From Polyangiales bacterium (GTDB lineage: Bacteria; Myxococcota_A; Polyangia; Polyangiales; Houyiibacteriaceae): 39,212 nucleotides of DNA. Made by a program: the position numbers and the translations under genes. Below, in pieces: positions 19,203 to 28,278 of this stretch. Below the pieces are notes generated by a model. It ran no database searches. It was given only the letters and a program-made list of their open reading frames with translations, and was not told the DNA's origin. The stretch lies in contig JBGCFM010000136.1 in assembly GCA_045106895.1 (NCBI GenBank), positions 1-39,212 on the forward strand, read 5' to 3'. The stretch's first letter is position 1, and every line of letters begins with the position of its first letter.

Positions 19203-20387
19203 TCAAGGCAGGGTGATTCCTCTTTGCACGGCGAGGCTCGCGCGGTGCAGGACGATGTCGTTGTACATGTCCGTGTAAAGCGAGATCGGCAGCATGGCGT
19301 CGAGGTAGGTGGTGTCCTCGCGATACACGAGGGTGGTGCCTGGGCCATCGAAGAAAGCCGCGCCCCAGGTTTGCAGGATGAGCTCGACCTCAGCGTCATA
19401 GAGGCGATGCGAGACGGCGCTCTCCACGGGGATGGCGGGGTCGCGCATCATGGGGCACTCGCCCTGGCTCGTCGCGGGCGCCGAGGCTGAAGTGTCCACG
19501 AGCGTCTGGCGCAGACGTCCGCGGGTCTGGGAGTCGACATCGCCGGAGACGAGATGCTCCTCGAGTATGAAGCCTGCGCGGCGCCCTGCCGGGATGCGGG
19601 GAATATGCGCCACGTAGACGCGGCCGTTTTCGCGATGCGTGAGGATGGTGTCGTGCACTGGGTAGGCGCTGCGGTTGTGCAAAACGATGTGGCGCCGATT
19701 CGCGGAGTAGCGGCTGCCGCGCTCGAGGCTCACCAAAGGTCGCTCGCGCGTCGCGCCTTCGTAGAAGACAAAACGCTCGCTCTCTTGGGCGCCGTTGACC
19801 CAGAGCGCGTCGAAGCCGCGCGCGGTGTTGATCCACGCTTGTGTGCTGGAATGAGCGCTGCGCGCCGGCTGCGCGCTCAGGTCGAGTCGATCCCAGAAGA
19901 GCTGGCGAGTCGGGTCGCGATCCAGCGTCGCGTAGGGGCCTCCACCCATCGGCGTGCGAGCGGCTCTCGCTGCGACGAGACGCTGGCGCGCCGCGAGAGC
20001 CGCGGAAGAGTTGGCCTGTGCCGCACTACGAATACCCTGAACCTGAGGGTACCAGACTGTGGCGGCGCCGCGCCGGAACCCCACCTCGATGCCCACGGGA
20101 ATGCTGTTCGGCGAAAGCGTCCCGTTGGAGTAGAAATGGAGAACAGGCAGCGCGCGTTCGCCGCCGTCGACGGGCATATCCCGCACCGCGCTTCGACCTG
20201 CAGTCGTGCTCGCGCTCCGGTGAAACCAAGGCGGCAAGGTCGCTGCCACGGGAACGCCCTGGCCATCAAACGACTGCACGCCCCACTCGTGCGCCCAAAG
20301 GGGATACGCGCACCAAGACTCCGCGCGCGCGGTGTGAACGGGCATGACGACTAGCGCCACAAAAGCGATTGTGAGCAGTCGAATCAT
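19203..20387 (-). CDS. Secreted 'HEWG'-motif hypothetical protein (paralog 2, 394 aa)
   Basis: Start MIRLLTIAF at 20387 overlaps the upstream paralog's stop (ATGA). Signal peptide, HEWGVQ, WYPQ and ESERFVFYE. Confidence 0.85.
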   Translation of the reverse strand: MIRLLTIAFVALVVMPVHTARAESWCAYPLWAHEWGVQSFDGQGVPVAATLPPWFHRSASTTAGRSAVRDMPVDGGERALPVLHFYSNGTLSPNSIPVGIEVGFRRGAATVWYPQVQGIRSAAQANSSAALAARQRLVAARAARTPMGGGPYATLDRDPTRQLFWDRLDLSAQPARSAHSSTQAWINTARGFDALWVNGAQESERFVFYEGATRERPLVSLERGSRYSANRRHIVLHNRSAYPVHDTILTHRENGRVYVAHIPRIPAGRRAGFILEEHLVSGDVDSQTRGRLRQTLVDTSASAPATSQGECPMMRDPAIPVESAVSHRLYDAEVELILQTWGAAFFDGPGTTLVYREDTTYLDAMLPISLYTDMYNDIVLHRASLAVQRGITLP

Positions 20388-21553
20388 GGCAACGGCACCT
20401 CGTTCCACACCACGAGCCCGGCTCGGTTGAGCACGGCGTACGAGTGCATGTCCGTGTAGATCGAGAGCGGCATCACGGCGTCGAGATGCGCCGTGTCCTC
20501 GCGATAGACGATGGTTGTGCCGCGCCCATCGAAGAACCTGGCGCCCCAAACCGAGTCGATGACGTCGATCTCCTGGCTCGTCAGACGATGCCCACCGGCG
20601 CTCTCCACGGGAATGGCGGGGTCGCGCATCATCACGCAGTCTTCGCTCGCCCGGGGCTGTCGCTCCAGCAGCTGCGTGCGCAGCCGTCCGCGGGTCTGCG
20701 CCCTGCGATCGCGCCTCGACACGGCGTGGTCTTCGAGGACAAACCCAGCGCTGCGTCCGGCGGGGATCTGCGGCGCATAGATCACATAGTCGTGACCTCG
20801 CTCGCGGTGAGTGAGGAACACATCATGAACGGGATGGGCGCCATCGTTGTGCAAGATGAGATGCCGGCGTCCCTGCGCCCACTCCTCGCCGCGGGTGACT
20901 CGAATGGCGACGCGCTCCGTGGTGTTCGCTTCGTAGAAAACGAAACGCTCGCTCTCCGCGGCGCCGTTGACCCAGAGCGCATCGACGGCGCGAAGATCGC
21001 GAACCATGCGTGCCCGGGAGCGGTGCGGCGTCGCACTAGGTGCGGGCGTGAGCGTGAGGTGGTCCCACTGAAGCTGGCGCGTTGGGTCAGGCTCTGTCGA
21101 TGCGTTGGGGACAAAGGGCTGACGTCCGGCGCGTGCCTGAACGAGCTGGGCGCGGCGCTGCAACGCGGCGGCGCTATTGGCGTCGGCGACGCGGCGGCGC
21201 GTATCGACCTGCGGATACCAAACGGACGCTTCGCCCAACGTGAAACCCACCTCGATGCCGACGGGGATCGAGCGGGCGCCGTCCGCGTAGAAGTGCAGCA
21301 CCGGAAGAAAACGCGTGCCTTCGTCGCGCTGCATGTGGCGGACAGGAGAAGCGACGGGCGTCGGCGCGGGACCCATTCGGTGAAACCATGGGGGGATCGG
21401 CGTGGGACTCTGGGGCGCGCCGCTGGAGTCGAAAGCCTGTACGCCCCACTCATGAACGAAGAGCGGCTGGGCGCACCAGCTCCGCGCCGACGCCGCGGGT
21501 GGTGAAAACGCTGGCAAGAGGCAGAGGACCAGCACCCAGAACGTCGTACGCAT
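20384..21553 (-). CDS. Secreted 'HEWG'-motif hypothetical protein (paralog 1, 389 aa)
   Basis: Signal peptide from MRTTFWVLVLCLL (an alternative start exists at 21589). Same motifs as 19203..20387. Confidence 0.85.
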   Translation of the reverse strand: MRTTFWVLVLCLLPAFSPPAASARSWCAQPLFVHEWGVQAFDSSGAPQSPTPIPPWFHRMGPAPTPVASPVRHMQRDEGTRFLPVLHFYADGARSIPVGIEVGFTLGEASVWYPQVDTRRRVADANSAAALQRRAQLVQARAGRQPFVPNASTEPDPTRQLQWDHLTLTPAPSATPHRSRARMVRDLRAVDALWVNGAAESERFVFYEANTTERVAIRVTRGEEWAQGRRHLILHNDGAHPVHDVFLTHRERGHDYVIYAPQIPAGRSAGFVLEDHAVSRRDRRAQTRGRLRTQLLERQPRASEDCVMMRDPAIPVESAGGHRLTSQEIDVIDSVWGARFFDGRGTTIVYREDTAHLDAVMPLSIYTDMHSYAVLNRAGLVVWNEVPLP

Positions 21554-21562
21554 GAAGCGTCG

Positions 21563-21587
21563 TACGCTTGGGCGCCGAAAAAGTTCC
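21563..21587 (-). promoter_or_regulatory. Candidate ECF-sigma promoter GGAAC-N16-CGTA
   Basis: The minus strand reads GGAAC tttttcggcgcccaag CGTA, 9 nt upstream of ATG 21553. This fits the general ECF AAC/CGT pattern. Confidence 0.5.
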
Positions 21588-21628
21588 ATGGCGCCCTCGA
21601 TGCGGCCGGAAAGACGCTCCAAAAGTTC

Positions 21629-21654
21629 TCCCCAAAACCTGAGTCTTTTGGGGA
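21629..21654. other. Perfect inverted repeat TCCCCAAAA-N8-TTTTGGGGA (terminator or operator)
   Basis: 9-bp arms located 20 nt downstream of the cytochrome operon stop and upstream of the HEWG pair. Confidence 0.6.
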
Positions 21655-21674
21655 CAAGCGGAGCCCGAGGGCGC

Positions 21675-23063
21675 CTAGAGCGTCTTCAAGAACGCCAGTA
21701 GCGCGTCGATATCCACATCCCCGAGGTCCTCGGCGAAGTCGTGACCATCGGCGGACAAACCTGCAATAGCAGTGTCGTAGCAGAGCCCTGGGGAAGAAGC
21801 GGAGTAGGCAATCCCCACTCGTTCCACATCGTATTCGTCGCCGGATCCTTCGTGACACCACAGCGCCGGACGCTCACTCGGACGAAGCACGGAGCGGAGG
21901 TCCGGGACGCTTCCGTTGTGAAAATAGGGCGCCGTGGCCCACACGCCGACGAGGGGAGGTGCGAGGTAGCCGGCGGTCTCCATGAGCGGGTCTTCGCCAA
22001 ACCACGTGGCGTTGAGCCAGTCGATCTCCGCGCTGCTGAGACGTGTGTGTCGGACCGCGTCGGTGCCTACGTCGACGATGCGGTCGGGATAGTCGCCGCC
22101 CGCGCCGTAGCTTCCGTGGCAGCCTGCGCAACGGTCTTCGAAGACGGCACGGCCCGCCGCGACGGCGTCCGCTTCGGGCGCTTCAAAAGGCCACGCAGGC
22201 GGGCGAAGGGAGAGTAGGTAGTGGCGCAGGTCTTCGAAGTTTGCCTCCTCCGCCATCACCTCGGCGAGCGTCGCGTTCGACGCGAGGGACGTCGCCATCA
22301 TCGTGCGGAAGTTCTCGCTTGGGCTGGTTCCGTCGGAGTAGATGCGGTCTTTGAAGGCGAACTGCCACCACGCGGCGGGCTGCTGAAAGCCGTAGTGCGT
22401 CTCCAGGTCGGCGGCGCCGGTGGCGATGGCGAGGGTCATGCCCATGCCGTAGGCGTCCGTGGCGCCGGGGGCCGCCGTTCGATCGCGAAAAGCGTCGTGC
22501 CAGACCTCTGGAACTGGCGGAACGGTGACGCCGAACATGGCGGCTCGCTCGCGAAGCTCGACAAGGTCGAGGTAAAGCTGACCCAGTTGAACGCGGCTGT
22601 TGCCGGCGCCAATGAAGGTCTGCCCGGCGATGCGATCTGTGTGGCAAGCGAGGCACTGAATGGAACCCTCGGCGCCGTCTCGAAGGATGCCGAAAGGAAG
22701 GCCGCCGTCGTCGCGAGGCACGAGCCCGTAGCGCCGCGAAAACTCCGCCCAGTACGCCTCGTCGCTGAGACCTGGTTGTCCCCACACCACCCAGAGGTTG
22801 CTCAGCGCTTCCCATGGAATGCCGGCACCTCTCGCCGCGTAGAGAAACGCTTCGCCTCGTTCGGCGCGCTCGGCGTCGAAGGGGTGACGAAGAGGGAGGC
22901 TTCCCGTTTCGCCGCCGGCGTCCCCGCGCGTGTCCGACGTCGCGTCGCCGGCGTCGATGGATGCGTCGGAAATGGAGGCGTCAGGTATGGACGGATCGGA
23001 CGCGCAGCCCATCGCAACCCCGAGTAGGCAGGCGGAGAAGAGAGAGCGTCCAAAGCGTTGCAT
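21675..23063 (-). CDS. Di-heme cytochrome c lipoprotein, RoxA/MauG-like family (462 aa)
   Basis: Start MQRFGR with lipobox AMGC and DAS/DAG linker. Heme motifs CLACH and CAGCH, and the RoxA-type signature PLVGVWATAPYFHNGSVP. Confidence 0.85.
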   Translation of the reverse strand: MQRFGRSLFSACLLGVAMGCASDPSIPDASISDASIDAGDATSDTRGDAGGETGSLPLRHPFDAERAERGEAFLYAARGAGIPWEALSNLWVVWGQPGLSDEAYWAEFSRRYGLVPRDDGGLPFGILRDGAEGSIQCLACHTDRIAGQTFIGAGNSRVQLGQLYLDLVELRERAAMFGVTVPPVPEVWHDAFRDRTAAPGATDAYGMGMTLAIATGAADLETHYGFQQPAAWWQFAFKDRIYSDGTSPSENFRTMMATSLASNATLAEVMAEEANFEDLRHYLLSLRPPAWPFEAPEADAVAAGRAVFEDRCAGCHGSYGAGGDYPDRIVDVGTDAVRHTRLSSAEIDWLNATWFGEDPLMETAGYLAPPLVGVWATAPYFHNGSVPDLRSVLRPSERPALWCHEGSGDEYDVERVGIAYSASSPGLCYDTAIAGLSADGHDFAEDLGDVDIDALLAFLKTL

Positions 23064-23082
23064 TTCTAGGCGTCGTTCCGTT

Positions 23083-24477
23083 TCAGACGAGGAGCCCGTC
23101 GATGCCGCCGGTGCAGAGCGCCGGATCGCCAACGGCCTCAGCCTCGACGCCGCAGGCGTGCATGCAGCTCAGAAGCAGGTCGTTGTGCGTGGAGTCAGGC
23201 ACGCGAACGACGCGCCCGGCGTTGAGGTTCCCGCCGCCGGCCAAAAGGAAGGGCATGTTCTGGTGCGTGTGGAAACGCGCCTCGCTGAGCTCCTGGGCCC
23301 AGAGAATGACGGTGTTGTCGAGGAGCGTGCGCCCGTCGACGTCGGTGCGGCTCTGAAGGGAGTCCAAGAGATAGGCGAACTGCTCCGCGTGCCATACGCC
23401 GATGCGGGTGAGCTTCTCCATCTCCGTGGTGTCTTCCGGCGCCGCGTGGCTCAGCGTGTGATGCCAATCCGTGATGGGCGCTCCGTCCGGCCCCAGGAGG
23501 AAGGGGTAACGGGCGTTGCTCGCCGCTTCGGTGATCTGCAACGTCGCCACGCGCGTCATGTCGCAGCTGAAGGCGCCGACGAGGTTGTCGATCTGCGCCC
23601 GCGCGACGGCGGGCATGGTGGAGTAGTCGTCCCAGGATTGGTGTTCGGGAACGTTCGGTTTGGGCGGGATAATACACGCGTCGCCGGTCGGACGAGGGCC
23701 GCCTCGGCCACGAACCTCCGCGAGGGCTTCGAGATGCGCGCGGACAAGCTCGTTGTCCGCCGCCGGGTGAGCGCCGCTCAAAGCGCCGAGGCCATCTTCG
23801 GCAAAGTTCAGAAGCGCGTTCCGCCGTGCAAGGGCGCGTGCCTCGATCATGGGGTCGACGGGGTCGTCCATGTAGTCGCCGAAGAGGCGCTCCCACACGG
23901 CGTCGGCGTCGTTCTCGGCGGGCAAAGGTTCGCCGGCGGCTCGGTAGGAGAGTCGCTGCCCGTCACCGGCTTCGCCTGCGACACGGACGCCGAGTTCCAG
24001 CGAACGGAACGGCGTCGAGCCGGCGATGCTGTTGGCGATGAGCTGGTCGACGCTGGGTCCGCTCGCCCAGTCTTGGTCGCCAAAGGAGCGCACGGGTGCG
24101 CCCGTGAGAAGCCAGCCGATGCCGTGTCCAGAAGAAGGCAGCTCGTCGTTGCACTTCATGCTGATGCCGCGCGCCTCGCGCCAGCGGTCGTCTTCGGTGC
24201 CAAGGTCAGACGCCATCGGAATGACGAGGCGATCGCGGTGCGCGTCCAAAGGCTGAAGAATGCGCCCGAGCTCGAAGTCCGTGTCTCCGCCGCGGGGGAA
24301 CCACTCAGGCCAAACCGTACCGTTGGCGGTGTACATGACGACGAAACGCGTGGGCGCCATCTCGTCCTGCGCTTTGAGCATACCGGGGCTCCGCGCGCCT
24401 GCGCTGAGCAGCCCTCCAGCGGCTGGTGCTGCGATGGCGCCGGCGCCGAGAAGCTTGAGTAGATCGCGGCGTTTCAT
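23083..24477 (-). CDS. DUF1552-family protein, Tat-exported
   Basis: Twin-arginine signal KRRDLLK. Motifs NG, GH, SVDQLIA, FRSLELG, CDMTRVATL, HTLSH, TLLDNT and MPFLLAGG. SD AGGAGG. Confidence 0.88.
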   Translation of the reverse strand: MKRRDLLKLLGAGAIAAPAAGGLLSAGARSPGMLKAQDEMAPTRFVVMYTANGTVWPEWFPRGGDTDFELGRILQPLDAHRDRLVIPMASDLGTEDDRWREARGISMKCNDELPSSGHGIGWLLTGAPVRSFGDQDWASGPSVDQLIANSIAGSTPFRSLELGVRVAGEAGDGQRLSYRAAGEPLPAENDADAVWERLFGDYMDDPVDPMIEARALARRNALLNFAEDGLGALSGAHPAADNELVRAHLEALAEVRGRGGPRPTGDACIIPPKPNVPEHQSWDDYSTMPAVARAQIDNLVGAFSCDMTRVATLQITEAASNARYPFLLGPDGAPITDWHHTLSHAAPEDTTEMEKLTRIGVWHAEQFAYLLDSLQSRTDVDGRTLLDNTVILWAQELSEARFHTHQNMPFLLAGGGNLNAGRVVRVPDSTHNDLLLSCMHACGVEAEAVGDPALCTGGIDGLLV

Positions 24478-26117
24478 CGTGCGCCCTCCTGTCCAAAACG
24501 GGCACTCTGAAAGCTCTCATCCCGCACAACGATACCCACCAAGGAGCGAAGGTTCGCTCCGCTCTGTGCGAAGGACTCGGCGACGCCTTCGACGGCGCAC
24601 TGGTCATCCAAGGTCTCCACGCGGCGATGCGCGTAGCGCCACCACTGCTGCGCGAAGCAGGTCTGAACTCGCTCTGCGGTGGCGACGGAGTCCATCATCT
24701 CGTTTGCATCGTTGAAGCTGCCGCTCAGGCCGATGGCTTCGGGGAACTCGCCAGATGCGTCGACGGCGCTGCCTTCTTCGACGGCGCGAAAACGTCCCAT
24801 CCCGTCGAACTGCTCAAACCCGAAGCCGAGCGGGTCGATGAGCGAGTGGCACGCGCGGCAAGCGTTGTCCGCCGTGTGCGCCGCAAAACGCTCGCGGGTG
24901 CTCTGCCCAGGAACGAAGGGCGGAACGCTCACGTCGTCCATGTTGGGCTCCGGGAGCTGTCGGCAAAAGAGCTGCTCGAGGATGAAGAGACCGCGGTGAA
25001 TCGGGTCACCTTGGTCGGGCTTGGCGAGGAGCGCCATCAAGGCCGGGTGCGTCATCAAACCCGCGCGCTCGCCCTCGGGAGCGCGCGTGGCCTGGAGGCC
25101 CTCGCCGGTGACAGCCTCAAGTCCGTAGAGCGTCGCTATGCGCGAGCTCGCGTAGATCGTGTCGCTCGTCAGCAGGTCGCTCAAGGTCGCGTCCGGCCGG
25201 CGATACTCTTCGAGCACCTGCCGCTCCACGGAAGCCCGAAGCTCCCGCGCGAGGTCCGCGTCAAAATCACCGAAGGCGATCTCGTCTTTGAGCAGGTTGC
25301 TCACGGCGTCGAGGTGGAGCCACTGGCGAGCGAAGTCGAGGACAGTGCGCTCAAAACGCTCGTCCGCGATCATCCGCGAAATCTGCTCTTCGAGGACGGC
25401 GTCGTCGTTCAGCATCGGCGCGGCGTCGAGGAGCGCGTCGTCCGGCGGCGAGTTCCAGAGGAAGAACGCGATGCGGCTAGCAAACGCGTAGGCATCGAGG
25501 GGAACGCTATCGCCGACGCTCGGTGAGGTGCCCTCGGGAACGCGCGTGGAGTGGTAGAGAAACTGCGGCGAAGCGAACATCGCTTCCAGGGTGAGGCGAA
25601 CGCCACGTTCAAACGCCGCGGCGTCGTCGATGCCATCGGGCTGCACGCCTAGGTCGAAGATGGCGCGCAGGTCTTGCGCTTCTTCTGCGCCGACGGGGCG
25701 ACGAAACACACGGCGGCCGAACTGCGCGATAAACGCATCGGCGCATTCGGCGTCGAAGGTGTCGCAAGGGACGACGACGCTGAGGTCCGCTGCGGCGGCG
25801 AGCTCGCCGGCAGCGTCGAGGTGACCTTCCACCTGAAGCGCGCTGATGGAGCGCGCGACCTCGAAGTTGGCGACGGACTCATCCGCGGAGAACGCCTCCG
25901 CCGGAGCGAGGTCCACGCCGAGGAGGTCTTGGACGGCGCGGTTGTATTGAACGCGCGTGAGGCGGCTCAGCTGAATAGGCGAACCGAGGATCTCGCCGAC
26001 GCACTCCATCGGCTCCGGGAGAGGAATGATGGGGGTGAGTGGGGCGGCCTCTTCAATGGTCCCGGTGCAGCCTGCGGCCGCAAGAAGACAGCCCAAGACA
26101 AGAACGTCACGACGCAT
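24474..26117 (-). CDS. DUF1587/1595/1592/1588/1585 (PSD/PSCyt) cytochrome c-type lipoprotein
   Basis: Lipobox AAGC. Motifs RLTRVQYNRAVQDLLG, RRVFRRP, SPQFLY, FFLWNSPPDD, PIHRG, CRACH...IDPLGFGFEQFD. 4-bp overlap with the DUF1552 gene. Confidence 0.88.
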   Translation of the reverse strand: MRRDVLVLGCLLAAAGCTGTIEEAAPLTPIIPLPEPMECVGEILGSPIQLSRLTRVQYNRAVQDLLGVDLAPAEAFSADESVANFEVARSISALQVEGHLDAAGELAAAADLSVVVPCDTFDAECADAFIAQFGRRVFRRPVGAEEAQDLRAIFDLGVQPDGIDDAAAFERGVRLTLEAMFASPQFLYHSTRVPEGTSPSVGDSVPLDAYAFASRIAFFLWNSPPDDALLDAAPMLNDDAVLEEQISRMIADERFERTVLDFARQWLHLDAVSNLLKDEIAFGDFDADLARELRASVERQVLEEYRRPDATLSDLLTSDTIYASSRIATLYGLEAVTGEGLQATRAPEGERAGLMTHPALMALLAKPDQGDPIHRGLFILEQLFCRQLPEPNMDDVSVPPFVPGQSTRERFAAHTADNACRACHSLIDPLGFGFEQFDGMGRFRAVEEGSAVDASGEFPEAIGLSGSFNDANEMMDSVATAERVQTCFAQQWWRYAHRRVETLDDQCAVEGVAESFAQSGANLRSLVGIVVRDESFQSARFGQEGAR

Positions 26118-26164
26118 GTCTCATAGTGGGGGAAGCGAATGCCCCAGTGCAAGCAAGGGACGCC

Positions 26165-28219
26165 TCAGCGGGGCGACGCGGCGATATTTCCGCCGTCCAC
26201 GGTGAGAACACAGCCTGTGGTGCTGCGCGCGCAGGCCAGGTGAAGAAACGCCGCAGCGCAGTCCTCGGCGGTGACCTCTTGCTTCAACAAGTTGGACCGG
26301 AAGTACGCTTCCGGCGAGAGACCGCGTGCCGCTGCCCGCTCTTTGACGAAGTCCGGCGGCAAGAGGCCCGTGCGAATACGGTCTGCGTTGATGGCGCCGC
26401 TGCGGATTCCCACCTCACCGTTCTCCACCGCGTACTGCTTCATGAGCGCGACGAGTGCGGCCTTGGGCAAGGCGTAGGGGCCGAAGTCTTTGCCGGGGTT
26501 AAACGCGGCTTTGCTGGCGTTGAAGAGCAGGTATCCGCCGACGCCTTGGGCGCGAAGGACGCGTGTCACGGCAGCGGCGAGCGTCTGATGCGCAAAGAAG
26601 TTCACCTCGAAGCTACGCCGAAAAGTCTCGTCGTCGACTTCGTGCATCGCCCCTTGAGGCGCGTAGCCCGCGTTGCTGATGACGCCGTCGATGCCGCCGT
26701 AGTGGCGCACGCAGGCGTCGACGCTCGCGCGGACCTCGGCGGCGTTGGCCACGTCGATGCTCATGCTCGGCGCGCCGAGTTTTGCCGCCAGGGCCTCAAC
26801 GCACTCCACGTTCTGGTCCACGAGGAAGAGATTGGCTCCCTCCGCGGCGAAGCGCTGGGCCGTCGCCGCTCCAATGCCGCTGGCCGCGCCGCTGATGTAG
26901 ACGACGCTGCCTTCGAGGAGACGCGCTTTCTTTTTGCCGAGCTTCGCCTGCTCCAACGACCAGTACTCCATGTCGAAGACGTCGCTCTCGGGCAGGACCT
27001 CGTAGGTGCCCACGGCTTCGGCGGCTTCGATGACCTCGATGCAGTGCTCGTGCAGATCCGCCGCGACGTGCGCTGCCTTCATGGTGGTGGCGGCGCTCAA
27101 AAGGCCAAGGCCCGGCACCAAGATGACGCGCGGGTTGCTGTCGAGGGCGGTGACGCTTCGGCCTTTTTCGGCGGACTCCCGCGCGACGTAGGCCTCGTAC
27201 TTTGCGCGGTAGTCGCACAGGCGCTCTTCGATGTGCGTGTTGACCGCCTCGTTCTCAAGACCCGCCAGCTCCAGGAGCATCGGCACGCGCTTGGTGCGAA
27301 TCACATGGTCCGGCGTGGGCGTTCCGCGCTGGGAGACGTCGTTCAGGTCTTCGCGCTCCAGGTAGCGCTCCACGCTCTCCGTGCTGCGATGATGAAGCAG
27401 CCACGACTTACCCGTGCCTCGGGTGAGCGCGCCGCGGACAAGGGGCGCAAGAGTGGTCCAGTCGACGGCTTCCCGCCGGGTTCGTTTCACGGTGGAGGTC
27501 GCGCTCGCTTTGGCTGCTGTGATGGCCTCTTCGGCCTTGGTCACGGCCTCGATGTGGCGCTCGTAGCTCTCCTTCGCCGTGTCGCCCCAAGTGAAGAGAC
27601 CATGCTTCAGGAGCAAGAGCCCCTGCGCGTTCGGGTACTTCTCCTGCACCTCCGCCGCGAGCTTGCTCAGGGCAAAGCCCGGCATGATGTAAGGCACGAC
27701 GGCGAGGGTGTCGCCGAAGACCTTCGCGCAGATGGCCGTCGCATCGGGCTGGTCCACGAGCGCAAGAATCGAGTCCGCGTGGGAGTGGTCGATGAACTTC
27801 GCCGGCAAGAACGCGTGAAGCAAGGTCTCGACGGACGGGTTCGGCGAGCTGGCATCAAGGAGCCGCGTGCGCTGCGCGCTGACCATGGCTTCGTCGCTAA
27901 GAGACTCGCGGCCGCGGAGAGCGCCGAGACTGGCGAGACGCACAGCGGGCAAACCCGGAGGCTCGATGGCGCCGAGATCCCAGCCGCTGCCTTTGACGCA
28001 GAGCACGTCGACGGCCTCGCCGGTGTCGTCGGTGAGGCGCGTCTTCACCGACGTGTTGCCGCCGCCGTGGAGCACCAGCGCCGGTTCGCTGCCGATGAGT
28101 CGCGAGGTGTACGTGCGCAGCGCGATGTCTTCGTTGACGGCGCCCTCGCCTGCGCTTTTGTCAGAGGCCCAGCGTTCGATGGCCGCTTTCGCGTCCGCGT
28201 CGTTCCACAAACTCTTCAT
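26165..28219 (-). CDS. Bifunctional class II aldolase / short-chain dehydrogenase (rhamnulose-1-P aldolase/SDR-like)
   Basis: Aldolase part: GGGNTSVK, KGSGWDL, PSVETLLH, HSH, HG, PDHVIRTK, EYWSLEQAK. SDR part: SGAASGIG, NAG, YALPK, VDGG. Confidence 0.92.
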   Translation of the reverse strand: MKSLWNDADAKAAIERWASDKSAGEGAVNEDIALRTYTSRLIGSEPALVLHGGGNTSVKTRLTDDTGEAVDVLCVKGSGWDLGAIEPPGLPAVRLASLGALRGRESLSDEAMVSAQRTRLLDASSPNPSVETLLHAFLPAKFIDHSHADSILALVDQPDATAICAKVFGDTLAVVPYIMPGFALSKLAAEVQEKYPNAQGLLLLKHGLFTWGDTAKESYERHIEAVTKAEEAITAAKASATSTVKRTRREAVDWTTLAPLVRGALTRGTGKSWLLHHRSTESVERYLEREDLNDVSQRGTPTPDHVIRTKRVPMLLELAGLENEAVNTHIEERLCDYRAKYEAYVARESAEKGRSVTALDSNPRVILVPGLGLLSAATTMKAAHVAADLHEHCIEVIEAAEAVGTYEVLPESDVFDMEYWSLEQAKLGKKKARLLEGSVVYISGAASGIGAATAQRFAAEGANLFLVDQNVECVEALAAKLGAPSMSIDVANAAEVRASVDACVRHYGGIDGVISNAGYAPQGAMHEVDDETFRRSFEVNFFAHQTLAAAVTRVLRAQGVGGYLLFNASKAAFNPGKDFGPYALPKAALVALMKQYAVENGEVGIRSGAINADRIRTGLLPPDFVKERAAARGLSPEAYFRSNLLKQEVTAEDCAAAFLHLACARSTTGCVLTVDGGNIAASPR

Positions 28220-28278
28220 GGCGCGGAGGGTACAGCGTCCCGGGCGAGGTTGGGAGTTTGGCGTGATAGCGTGGCGAG

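Noticed and set aside
21675..23063. Calling this gene roxA (rubber oxygenase)
   Set aside because: It shares only family motifs, is much shorter than RoxA and is lipid-anchored; the substrate cannot be inferred.
22930..24462. 510-aa plus-strand ORF, and similar shadow ORFs at 3424..4911, 20444..21505 and 35566..36861
   Set aside because: All are antisense to well-supported genes and have Arg/Ala-rich shadow composition.
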